Part shown: in pieces, positions 9,409 through 17,096 of the stretch
Position numbering within the stretch: position 1 is the stretch's first letter
How the letters are laid out: each line of letters begins with the position of its first letter
Source of the DNA: a virus
Length of the DNA stretch: 32,000 nt
Reading direction: 5' to 3' (one strand)
Virus record (IMG/VR): IMGVR_UViG_3300029740_000215
Span: 47,703-79,702 of that record
Notes under the pieces: model-generated
What the model was told of the DNA's origin: nothing
Seen by the model: only the letters and a program-made list of their open reading frames with translations
The model's database searches: none
Made by a program: the position numbers and the translations under genes

Positions 9409-9705
9409 TCAACAACCTCCACCTGAAGGAGGGGCTTAAAATCCCGCAGGATTCCAATAATTCTCACTCAATGGATTTTTACAGCACGGTTCCGTCCGTG
9501 CGACCAAGTATCTATGAGCTTTCACCGCTGTTGCGGGCGGCATAGCGGGAGTGAGGAAATTGGATTTATGCGGGATATAATCCCAACAATCCAACATTAC
9601 GTATGTTTATAGCGGCATTGTGGTCGCGGTTATGTGTTGTACCGCAGCCACTGCATGTCCAACTTCTGTCTGCCAGTGTAAGGTCATCTTTTATAAGACC
9701 ACCAT
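9409..9705 (-). mobile_element. TnpB 3'-end relic: C-terminal zinc ribbon plus downstream right-end / reRNA region
   Basis: Minus-strand translation [44 protein letters not shown] (stop 9566-9568), followed by GAATCCTGCGGGATTTTAAGCCCCTCCTTCAGGTGGAGGTTGTTGAC. Confidence 0.8.
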
Positions 9706-9708
9706 TTC

Positions 9709-10260
9709 TTAAACTATGTATGCATCACAATGTTGCTTTTTCCAGTACAGGTCATCGATGATATCCGAAAGGTACTGGTTTTGCTTTAAGACGAAAAACG
9801 ATACCGGATTATGCTTTACGATGAAACCAAGTCCCGTTCGTTCATCGTAAATATCTTTCATGTGGTTCAGCCACTTTGAAAAATTTTTGATATGGGAATT
9901 ATCTCGAAGTATAAACCTGCCGAACCATTGCTGCTTAATGATTTGTCTTTCCTTTGCTCGCTCTTTGGATTCTTGTTCATTCCATACGATATTGTCAGGT
10001 TCGACAATTACATAGGGAATCTTCTGCCTATCCATTTCGTCTATGACGGATTCCGTTTGGCAAACGAAGATAAAATCATATTTTCCTGATTTTGCCTCTT
10101 TCATGAAGCTATTTATGTATTCTTTTTCCCATCCGGTAGTTTTTTCATAAGTAGAACTATCACTATCCCGCATTGAATAGCCATATTTGTTTTGGTGATT
10201 CGCGAGCCATGTTTTTCCGCAGCCCGCAAATACGCTTACGACCATTGTTCGTCTCATCAA
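9709..10260 (-). CDS. P-loop kinase/NTPase-like protein
   Basis: [14 protein letters not shown] Walker A-like motif; [10 protein letters not shown]. Confidence 0.65.
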   Translation of the reverse strand: MMRRTMVVSVFAGCGKTWLANHQNKYGYSMRDSDSSTYEKTTGWEKEYINSFMKEAKSGKYDFIFVCQTESVIDEMDRQKIPYVIVEPDNIVWNEQESKERAKERQIIKQQWFGRFILRDNSHIKNFSKWLNHMKDIYDERTGLGFIVKHNPVSFFVLKQNQYLSDIIDDLYWKKQHCDAYIV

Positions 10261-10356
10261 TCAGGGCAATTCCTTTCTTTGAAAATAAAATATATTTTGT
10301 ATGGCAACAAAGACCATAGCGACTATGAAAGCACCACTACGAATAGAGGCGCTCTG

Positions 10357-10632
10357 GCAGCTAAAAAGAAGCTGCTCACTCCTCCGAAGAGGGTAAAAAT
10401 CCTTCCCCAAGGTCATAAACGGTTTAATACAGCCACACCTGTCGGCTTTGCCTCAGCTTTACGTGATGTGTTGTCTTAGAGCGTGCAGTTAGGATTAACG
10501 CCACACGGTAACTATCTATTCGCTTATAACGGAGTGCTCGAAGCACTTATAGTAGTCAACATATCCTTACGGACACTTCTAAAGTGCAGACTTGCCGGAG
10601 CAAGCCTGCGACTTTAGTCGTGGGTTATTGAC
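10357..10632 (-). ncRNA. orphan IscB-type omegaRNA scaffold (no adjacent iscB)
   Basis: 276 bp, about 15 mismatches and no indels versus 12488-12763; flanks unrelated; ends at same base next to CCCACGACT hairpin. Confidence 0.8.
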
Positions 10633-10646
10633 TTGTTTTTGGAGCG

Positions 10647-10889
10647 TCACCATTTATGGAACGGGTTCAGAAGTCCGGGACGGTATTCGTTATCGACATA
10701 CATCTTGATGTCGTTATCGTCCAGGGCATCCAAAATGTTCATCCAGCATTCCGCTTCGACGTGCATCTCGCCGTCCATTTTCAAGGCCCTGTCGCACTGA
10801 ACTAAGTCTGCGCGAAAAGAATTCACATAGAAGCAATCTTTTGCGGCAGCCGCGAACCTGGTAAAACTGTTCTTGGTATTTGTGGTCAT
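10647..10889 (-). CDS. small hypothetical protein (MTTNTKNSFTRFAAAAKDCFYVNSFRADLVQCDRAL...)
   Basis: ORF with AAAGGA RBS; start refined from ORF track. Confidence 0.65.
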   Translation of the reverse strand: MTTNTKNSFTRFAAAAKDCFYVNSFRADLVQCDRALKMDGEMHVEAECWMNILDALDDNDIKMYVDNEYRPGLLNPFHKW

Positions 10890-10945
10890 AGTATTCATCC
10901 TTTCTGAAATATTTTTGTTTCTAATCAATACATACAAAAAAAGAA

Positions 10946-10969
10946 GCAGGCCCTCAAAAGAGAGTCTGC
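10946..10969 (-). promoter_or_regulatory. leader hairpin GCAGACTCTCTTTTGAGGGCCTGC + T-tract
   Basis: Same hairpin type as 8833-8859. Confidence 0.6.
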
Positions 10970-11043
10970 TTACTTGTGCATGACAGATTGTTAATTTAAT
11001 GTTCAATTAGGAGGTAAGTGATGGTATCTGTTATGCAATTATT

Positions 11044-11071
11044 ATTTTAGGCGGTTCGCACATTTGTGCAA
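11044..11071 (-). promoter_or_regulatory. promoter motif TTGCAC-16-TAAAAT
   Basis: Minus strand TTGCACAAATGTGCGAACCGCCTAAAAT. Confidence 0.65.
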
Positions 11072-11080
11072 GTGGCTTTT

Positions 11081-11165
11081 TTAGCTTCGTTTGTTTTTTG
11101 GCATCGCGTTGGTCCAGCCCTTAGATTTGTGTTTTTCAGGGGCATCATCAATCATGGCAAGGATA
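11081..11165 (-). pseudogene. 3' fragment of gene interrupted by IscB element (…ILAMIDDAPEKHKSKGWTNAMPKNKRS*)
   Basis: Open frame running out of the element right end, in phase with a codon-boundary junction; other half is at 12764-13105. Confidence 0.55.
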
Positions 11166-11198
11166 CCCGCGACTTCAGTCGTGGGAGGATTTGCCCAT

Positions 11199-12461
11199 TC
11201 ACTTCCTTTCGATTAAATAGTTTGTTGCAGGCTCTAATAGTCGCAGTTTTTTAAATGAAATGCTATTCGTAATGGTTGTACCATCGAATTTTCTTAAAGC
11301 GAAATATCCCGATGACCTGCGTCCTGAAATAAAACATTCCTGCTCGTTATAGAGCACCTTGTCCCAGAGGCGAAATCCTTTAACGATATAGGGCACTTGA
11401 TTTGCTTTTCGAATTCCACCTTTCAAGATTTTCGCTTTATGGATTTGCCGATTGTGGTGTCGAATTGCCTTCGTGCGGTAACAAACACTGCAAGGTTTAG
11501 CTAGTGGATGCTTGCTAATACAACGGGCATCGTTAACATGGCTTTTCTTGATGTCGTTTTGTTCACGTAACAACTTGGTTATATAGCCATATGTGTTTTG
11601 TACTGGAATATTAAGTTCGTTGCGTAGGCGTGTCAGTAGTGTGTTACGCATGATACCCATAAAAGCCGCATCGCGAAGCGTTTTACCACGTTTTTTGCCG
11701 TCAAGTGTTATCTTCCCTTTATGGAGGTTGTTGTGGCAAGTGGTACACAAAGTGATAAGGTTGCTTGGTGCATTACCGCCCACCTTACGGCTTTCAAGGT
11801 GATGTACATGCAGCTTGACGGTTTTCTTTGCGGTGGTATGAGCACCACAGCATTGGCATGTATAGTTATCACGCTTCAAAACATACTGGCGAACATTGTA
11901 TTCGTCGTACATCTCACCGAGTTGGTAGTCGGTTCCTACCGGCAGAGGCTTTCCGGCAAGCATTGCTTTTAAGCGTTGCGTGTCAAACTCTGCAGTTTCT
12001 ACTCTTACAAGAGTGATAGGCAAAATTCGACAGATGCGCTTGATAACAGTAATGTGCTCTTGGATTTTTACTTCTACCGAAGGTGCAAGCCAACCCTTAT
12101 GTTTGCTGTGTACACGGTTATTGAATCTTGGCGCACGGTAACGAGTTTTGCGATTTCGCCTTGAACGGCGGTTCTGTCTGCGCGTAGATAGCAATTCTAC
12201 TACATCGTTGCGAGGAGTGAACTCCTCACTGTAGAGTTCGCGCTTCTCTGTAGATGCAGACAAGCCAACATGCTTGCTGCCCGCATCTACACCAAGAGTG
12301 ATAGGCTGTTTGTATCCCGCACTTCCATGCAGGAGTTTGATGGTGAACGGCGTGCGTTTTACAACGCAAGCTTTTTGCTGTTTCAACAAGATGCGAGCCT
12401 TTCCGGGTGAGCAAGGCATCAAGGGCTCGCCGCGCTTGTTAAGTACATACGCATATTGCAT
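11199..12461 (-). CDS. iscB: IscB RNA-guided nuclease (RRXRR/PLMP, RuvC, HNH)
   Basis: MQYAYVLNKRGEPLMPCSPGKARILLK; GVDAGSKHVGLS (RuvC-I); RVETAEFDTQRL (RuvC-II); CQCCG...LHVHHLESRKVGGNAPSNLITLCTTCHNNLH (HNH); HVNDARCI (RuvC-III). Confidence 0.95.
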   Translation of the reverse strand: MQYAYVLNKRGEPLMPCSPGKARILLKQQKACVVKRTPFTIKLLHGSAGYKQPITLGVDAGSKHVGLSASTEKRELYSEEFTPRNDVVELLSTRRQNRRSRRNRKTRYRAPRFNNRVHSKHKGWLAPSVEVKIQEHITVIKRICRILPITLVRVETAEFDTQRLKAMLAGKPLPVGTDYQLGEMYDEYNVRQYVLKRDNYTCQCCGAHTTAKKTVKLHVHHLESRKVGGNAPSNLITLCTTCHNNLHKGKITLDGKKRGKTLRDAAFMGIMRNTLLTRLRNELNIPVQNTYGYITKLLREQNDIKKSHVNDARCISKHPLAKPCSVCYRTKAIRHHNRQIHKAKILKGGIRKANQVPYIVKGFRLWDKVLYNEQECFISGRRSSGYFALRKFDGTTITNSISFKKLRLLEPATNYLIERK

Positions 12462-12487
12462 GATGCTATGCTCCTTTCGATAAAATT

Positions 12488-12763
12488 GCAGCTAAAAGGA
12501 AGCTGCTCACTCCTCCGAAGAGGGTAAAAATCCTTCCCCAAGGTCATAAGCGGTTTGATACAACCACACCTGTCGGCTTTGCCTCAGCTTTACGTGATGT
12601 GTTGTCTTAGAGCGTGCAGTTAGGATTAACGCCGCACGGTAACTATCTATTCGCTTATAACGGAGTGCTCGAAGCACTTAGGGTAGTCAACATATCCTTT
12701 CGGACACTTCTAAAGCGTAGACTCGCTGATGCAAGCCCGCGACTTTAGTCGTGGGTTATTGAC
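12488..12763 (-). ncRNA. IscB-associated omegaRNA scaffold; guide predicted from sequence just above 12763
   Basis: Non-coding block directly upstream of iscB; near-identical copy at 10357-10632. Confidence 0.8.
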
Positions 12764-13105
12764 GACAAAATCCCTATATGGCAGCCGCATCATGATATCG
12801 GAATAAATCGGTGCGTCCTCAGTCTCGGCTAATGTTCTGAGAAATTCCGGAGCGAAATTGTACACGGTTTTTGCTGCACGCCAATAGTTTGCGACGTATG
12901 CCATCGAAAATTGTGCGGCAAGTTCCCCATCCATCGCATCGGCGGCAATCTGACCGTTTTGGATAAGGCGGTGCCCAAGCGGAATAAATTCTTTCACATA
13001 ATAGTCATAGCCCTTATCCAGCAGCTTGTTGGCCCCAGAATTCAAAAGAAACTGACTGCTCTGCTCGGCATACCAAAGAGCGCTGTTCACAATGATATTG
13101 TCCAC
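12764..13105 (-). pseudogene. 5' part of gene truncated by IscB element (MDNIIVNSALWYAEQSSQFLLNSG...MMRLPYRDFV)
   Basis: ORF track extends to 12710 only because the frame reads into the element left end (VNNPRLKSRACISESTL). Confidence 0.65.
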
Positions 13106-13349
13106 AATGACACCTCACTGCCAATACAGTTTTATTGTTCCGTTAACAAAAAGAATCTGGCTGTACTCCTCGCCGTCAAGGACAATGCAGCGGTCCTCTC
13201 CGTGTTTGTGAGCGCCGGTACAATACACAGTTTTGTTATTGATAGCCGGGATGGACGGTGCCTTTGCCAAAACCAGCTGACCGCGCATTGCGCAGATATC
13301 TAAGAAAGAAATGATGTGGTCGCCCACCCCGGAAAACCTCCAATCTTGT

Positions 13350-14021
13350 TCACAGTGCTTTGATTTGGAAAGAGCCATCGACATGCGGCAGCGGCTCTTT
13401 TGTCACTTTCAGAACGGAGCTATCTCGTTTCTCTGTCGCATATCGAATGGTTTTAAGAATCTCGTATGCCAGTTTGCTGTTGTAGGCAAGTCCTGAATTT
13501 GAAATACCAAAGTTCCCATTCCAACCAAGCCTTATCTTTTTGAGCGGTGGAATCAGAAGGTCACGGGCTTCGAGGACCCCCACCCCATTCCAGCGTGCAT
13601 CATGATACGCCTGGAAGTGCTGCTCATCGTTACCAGAAATATCGAGGGCTTCATAAATGACGCCAAATTGCCCCATCAAAATACGTGAGTATGTATCCAG
13701 TGCATCAGCAACTACTTTCCAGGAAAGAGTATCCAAGCCAACGCTGTACTTATACGGAGCATCCTTTTCCGGCAGTTCTCGTGCATGATGCAGTATATCT
13801 TCCAGAATGTCGCTGCACTTGTTAGATAAACTTTTGACAGGTGCCGTTACGTTCACAGCTGTCAGAGCAGCGCAAGCACTTGCAATGTCTGCTTCGCTTA
13901 CTCCATAAGCCTCTCCAACCTCTTTGCAGATAGAGGAAAAATCGTTGCTATAAAACGCTATCATGATGGCAAGAGCGTGCAGGATGAAAGAGTACTGCTT
14001 GCTCGTGAAATCAATGTACAT
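13350..14021 (-). CDS. hypothetical protein, 223 aa
   Basis: Long ORF with GAAAGGA RBS. Confidence 0.75.
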   Translation of the reverse strand: MYIDFTSKQYSFILHALAIMIAFYSNDFSSICKEVGEAYGVSEADIASACAALTAVNVTAPVKSLSNKCSDILEDILHHARELPEKDAPYKYSVGLDTLSWKVVADALDTYSRILMGQFGVIYEALDISGNDEQHFQAYHDARWNGVGVLEARDLLIPPLKKIRLGWNGNFGISNSGLAYNSKLAYEILKTIRYATEKRDSSVLKVTKEPLPHVDGSFQIKAL

Positions 14022-14053
14022 ACGGTAAAAATCCTTTCATTTTCTACACTTTA

Positions 14054-14081
14054 ATTATACCGCGGTTCGCAATTTCTCACA
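14054..14081 (-). promoter_or_regulatory. promoter motif variant (AAATTGCGAACCGCGG-TATAAT)
   Basis: TGCGAAC at the same offset from the -10 as other copies. Confidence 0.5.
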
Positions 14082-14130
14082 ACGGAAAGCGCTAAATGGT
14101 AACAGTTTATACATATTTTTACAAGCAAAA

Positions 14131-14157
14131 AAGCCGCCTCCTTATGGAGGCGGCTGG
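14131..14157 (-). terminator. intrinsic terminator AGCCGCCTCC-ATAA-GGAGGCGGCTTTTTT
   Basis: Perfect inverted repeat plus T-tract downstream of 14162-14413. Confidence 0.75.
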
Positions 14158-14161
14158 ACCC

Positions 14162-14413
14162 TTATTTTACAGCTTTTCTGATTTCGAGCTCGTGCTCATA
14201 GCAGCTTTTGCAAATCAGATAGCCAATGCCAATATCGTTTTGGATGGCCGCAGACGTATATGCGTTGTGCTCGTTGATGGTACGTCCGCACGCAGCACAA
14301 TTGAGCTCTTCGTTGGCATGAACCATGATGTCGCAATGCCCGTTCTGAGGTGGGGTGTACGGCGTATATTGCTTCTTGATGAAATCGTATTTCTGCATTT
14401 TATGGCACTCCAT
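14162..14413 (-). CDS. small putative zinc-binding protein
   Basis: CAACG...CKSC cysteine pairs; ORF. Confidence 0.55.
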   Translation of the reverse strand: MECHKMQKYDFIKKQYTPYTPPQNGHCDIMVHANEELNCAACGRTINEHNAYTSAAIQNDIGIGYLICKSCYEHELEIRKAVK

Positions 14414-14496
14414 TATTCATTGTTTTCTTTCGCTATTATATCACAAATTGTGGTGCTAAACAAGAAAGCAGTCCTCCATAAATTTACGAACAATCG

Positions 14497-14615
14497 CTGA
14501 CTTTGGAGATTGTGACGTTTGCTGAAGGATTTGTACCTTTGAGCAGTATCCTGCCGTTAGATTTACCAAACGAAGGCCGGGAAAGCCCACGATTTCAATC
14601 GTGGGAGGTGTCAAG
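14497..14615 (+). mobile_element. TnpB 3'-end relic with right-end / reRNA hairpin
   Basis: Plus-strand ...EGFVPLSSILPLDLPNEGRESPRFQSWEVSR and AAGCCCACGATTTCAATCGTGGGAGGTGTCAAG, typical of tnpB right ends. Confidence 0.6.
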
Positions 14616-14898
14616 GACTGATTCCGTGAACGTCCTCACCAAAGCCTTGCAGCTATAGATGAAACATTCTGCTTTCAAACTTTGGTAGGAATCCAATCCA
14701 CAATTTGCGGAACAAAGTCGGCTTATCGGAATATTGCATCGGAATAATATCAAGGTATTTTCGATATCGTTCCGAACGGATGAATCAGTGGCAAATGAAG
14801 GCACTTTTGCTTCCTGGACAATTTTGTTGCTTTGCTGTATGATTAAAGTACAACAATTAGGGCAATACAAAAATCGATAACGACGAGGTACTGATAAG

Positions 14899-15270
14899 AT
14901 GGACGCGACAATGCAGACGGTTCTCCGGCTCCATGAGCAAGGTATACCTAGAAGAACCATTGCCAAACGTGCAGGCATCTCATTGCAGAAAGTGCGCAAA
15001 ATACTGATTACGGCCGGGGCCTGGTCAGATGAAACATCAGAAAAAATCGGGAAGCTGCGTGCGAACGGTATGTCAGTTCCTGAAATTGCAGAAGAATTGG
15101 GTGTAAAAACCAATACTGTTTGGAGCTATTTGCCATACAGCAAAGGCATGTATAATCAAGAATATCCGACCATTAACGCCATTCGAGTCCGAAATTCGAA
15201 GCGAAAAGCAAAAGAAAAAGCCCTCACCTGCACGGATACCGCACAGAATGAGGGCAGTGGCGCTTGCTGA
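14899..15270 (+). CDS. helix-turn-helix protein (two HTH units)
   Basis: IPRRTIAKRAGISLQKVRKIL and MSVPEIAEELGVKTNTVWSYL; only convincing plus-strand CDS. Confidence 0.7.
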   Translation: MDATMQTVLRLHEQGIPRRTIAKRAGISLQKVRKILITAGAWSDETSEKIGKLRANGMSVPEIAEELGVKTNTVWSYLPYSKGMYNQEYPTINAIRVRNSKRKAKEKALTCTDTAQNEGSGAC

Positions 15271-15345
15271 AGGATTCGAACCTTCGGACAGTCTCCCATC
15301 GTCGGTTTTCTGGACCGATTTCATCAACCACTCGAACAAGCAAGC
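15258..15345 (-). tRNA. tRNA-Ser(AGA), loop CCAGAAA
   Basis: Cloverleaf with long variable arm, encoded CCA; acceptor GCTTGCT/AGCAAGC. Confidence 0.85.
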
Positions 15346-15348
15346 AGA

Positions 15349-15438
15349 TGGCGCAGAGGGTGAGATTCGAACTCACATGCCGCGATTTCCGCGACGGCAG
15401 CTTAGCAAGCTGCTGCCCTACCGTTAGGCGACCTCTGC
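15349..15438 (-). tRNA. tRNA-Ser(GCT)
   Basis: Acceptor GCAGAGG/CCTCTGC; loop TTGCTAA; long variable arm; CCA. Confidence 0.9.
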
Positions 15439-15469
15439 ATAATGCACCTTTTTGACATAGGTGCTTGTA

Positions 15470-15543
15470 TGACCCCTGGCAGACTCGAACTGCCGACTCC
15501 ACATTGAGAGTGTGGTGACTTAGGCCAACTTGTCGAAGGGGCC
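15470..15543 (-). tRNA. tRNA-Glu(CTC)
   Basis: Stem CCACA/TGTGG, loop CTCTCAA; T-arm GGCAG TTCGAGT CTGCC. Confidence 0.8.
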
Positions 15544-15546
15544 TTA

Positions 15547-15631
15547 TGGTGTGCCGGGCTGGATTCGAACCAGCGAACCGAAACGGAGCGGTTTTACAGA
15601 CCGCCTGCTTTAACCTCTTGCATACCGACAC
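15547..15631 (-). tRNA. tRNA-Tyr(GTA)
   Basis: Loop CTGTAAA, long variable arm, CCA. Confidence 0.9.
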
Positions 15632-15634
15632 ATA

Positions 15635-15710
15635 TGGTGCTCCCGGCTGGAATCGAACCAGCGACACGCGGTTCTTCAGACCGCTGCTCTACCAACTGAG
15701 CTACAGAAGC
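15635..15710 (-). tRNA. tRNA-Phe(GAA)
   Basis: Stem GCGGT/ACCGC, loop CTGAAGA, CCA. Confidence 0.9.
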
Positions 15711-15711
15711 A

Positions 15712-15791
15712 TGGTGACCCGTGTGGGTTTCGAACCCACAATAACCTCCGCCTTGAAAGGGCGGCAACTCTACCAATTCGTCCAACGGGCC
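15712..15791 (-). tRNA. tRNA-Glu(TTC)
   Basis: Stem CCGCC/GGCGG, loop CTTTCAA, CCA. Confidence 0.85.
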
Positions 15792-15820
15792 ATATATAGC
15801 CGCAATCCTGCGGCGAGGGT

Positions 15821-16042
15821 TTATGCGATGACTAAGATGTCATCTATCTTGGTATCCAGCATCGCTGCTAATATCACAAGGTTATCAATGGTTGGAAGCG
15901 CGGTTCCAGCTTGCCATTTAGCAACCGCCTGCGGAGACACACCGAGCATGTCTGCCACATCCTTCACCTTTATGCCTGCTGCCTTTCGCAGGGCCTTGAT
16001 ATTGGCACCTGTCTGCTGGATATCAATAGTAGGAACGTTCAT
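15821..16042 (-). CDS. XRE/Cro-CI family repressor-like protein, 73 aa
   Basis: IKALRKAAGIKVKDVADMLGVSPQAVAKWQAGTALPTIDNLVILAAML. Confidence 0.9.
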   Translation of the reverse strand: MNVPTIDIQQTGANIKALRKAAGIKVKDVADMLGVSPQAVAKWQAGTALPTIDNLVILAAMLDTKIDDILVIA

Positions 16043-16080
16043 TTTTCTTGCTGCCTTTCTGTATTGCAGGCAACAAAAAA

Positions 16081-16108
16081 GCTGCCTGCCGAAATCTCGA
16101 CAAGCAGC
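16081..16108 (-). promoter_or_regulatory. leader hairpin GCTGC...GGCAGC + T6
   Basis: Terminator-like hairpin 39 nt before ATG of 15821-16042. Confidence 0.5.
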
Positions 16109-16412
16109 TATGACATGCAGTTATCGCTTAGAAGACGCACCGCATCTGTACATGGTCTGTTTTTGCCTGTCGAGGAGTATGAGAAATAAAACTGCGTTCA
16201 AAGGACATGAACTCAGAATATTCGTAACTATACTCATACGACATGACATTAACAGTGTTGCACAGCATTTTGGGGTATCTCCTTTCGTTTCGTTCTGATA
16301 TTATTATACCATGTTTTCGCAAGTTCGCAATCAACTTGTGGTTTAGTTTTTTGGTCTGTATACTCTCCAAAACAAAAAGCCGCCTCTTATGCGAGGACGG
16401 CTTTTCTTATTG

Positions 16413-16488
16413 TGGCAGGGGTAACACGACTCGAACATGCAACAAGCGGTTTTGGAGACCGCTGCTCTACCACTTGAGCTACACCCCT
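16413..16488 (-). tRNA. tRNA-Trp(CCA)
   Basis: Stem GCGGT/ACCGC, loop CTCCAAA, CCA end. Confidence 0.85.
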
Positions 16489-16495
16489 ATATAGA

Positions 16496-16570
16496 TACTC
16501 CAGCTGGGAGTCGAACCCAGAGTAAAACGGGACTTAAAGCCGCCGCGTTTGCCAGTTTCGCCACTGGAGC
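16496..16570 (-). tRNA. tRNA-Leu(TAA)-like, short variable loop
   Basis: Acceptor GCTCCAG/CTGGAGT; loop TTTAAGT; T-arm CTGGG TTCGACT CCCAG. Confidence 0.65.
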
Positions 16571-16573
16571 ATA

Positions 16574-16649
16574 TGGCGGGTTGTGCAGGATTCGAACCTG
16601 CGGCCCACGGATTAACGGTCCGTTGCTCTACCAGCTGAGCTAACAACCC
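16574..16649 (-). tRNA. tRNA-Asn(GTT), loop CCGTTAA
   Basis: Acceptor GGGTTGT/ACAACCC, CCA. Confidence 0.85.
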
Positions 16650-16678
16650 ATAAATGGCAGTTGTTGTACTGCCGGACA

Positions 16679-16756
16679 TGGTACTCCCCGAGGGATTCGA
16701 ACCCTCAAAACGGTGCGGTTTGAGCGCACTGTGTCTGCCAATTTCACCAGAGGAGC
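16679..16756 (-). tRNA. tRNA-Leu(CAA)-like, short variable loop
   Basis: Stem GTGCG/CGCAC, loop CTCAAAC, CCA. Confidence 0.75.
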
Positions 16757-16759
16757 TTA

Positions 16760-16835
16760 TGGCGGGCGTAGCAGGATTTGAACCTGCGACAAACGGATTA
16801 ACGGTCCGCCGCTCTGCCTACTGAGCTATACACCC
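16760..16835 (-). tRNA. tRNA-Asn(GTT), second copy, loop CCGTTAA
   Basis: Acceptor GGGTGTA/TACGCCC, CCA. Confidence 0.85.
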
Positions 16836-16866
16836 ACAAAAGTGGCAGATAATGCTCTGCCGGGCA

Positions 16867-16942
16867 TGGTGCGCTCGCGGGAAATCGAATCCCGAACACC
16901 CCGATTAAAAGTCGGGTACTCTACCGATTGAGTTACGAGCAC
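16867..16942 (-). tRNA. tRNA-Lys(TTT)
   Basis: Stem CCCGA/TCGGG, loop CTTTTAA, CCA. Confidence 0.9.
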
Positions 16943-17022
16943 TTGTCGCGCATCTTCCGTGCCTTGCTTATGGGAACACAGCTTTGAGGAATCTCACTTC
17001 CGATGCGCATGAAAGTGAGCGT

Positions 17023-17096
17023 TGGCCGAGAATGGTCGAGTCGAACAACCGTTGTCAGGGTCAAAGCCTGATGCCTTACCGTTTGGCGAATCCTCG
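17023..17096 (-). tRNA. tRNA-Gln(TTG)
   Basis: Stem TCAGG/CCTGA, loop CTTTGAC, CCA. Confidence 0.8.

Larger units (their letters stand above)
11166..12763 (-). mobile_element. IscB-containing IS200/IS605-like element (left-end omegaRNA, iscB, right-end hairpin); no tnpA
   Basis: Matching terminal hairpins CCCACGACTRAAGTCGCGGG at 11166-11185 and at left end 12735-12755; exact right boundary uncertain by a few bases. Confidence 0.75.

Noticed and set aside
9421-9700. CRISPR-like or tandem repeats
   Set aside because: No regularly spaced direct repeats; the structure is explained by a TnpB C-terminal fragment and right-end hairpin.
10357-12763. The 276-bp direct repeats as simple transposon long direct repeats or integration target duplications
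   Set aside because: The second copy ends exactly at the omegaRNA 5' edge and 3' hairpin, with unrelated flanks and no matching right end, which fits an isolated omegaRNA better than terminal direct repeats.
15546-16298. Plus-strand ORF of 250 aa
   Set aside because: Runs antisense through several tRNA genes (repeated RVGFEPT/GWNRTSD strings are translated T-arms) and through the XRE repressor gene.
16496-16570. Ochre-suppressor tRNA (anticodon TTA) from loop CTTTAAG
   Set aside because: That register leaves an unpaired anticodon stem; register TTTAAGT with anticodon TAA (Leu) gives better pairing and a Leu-like D arm.
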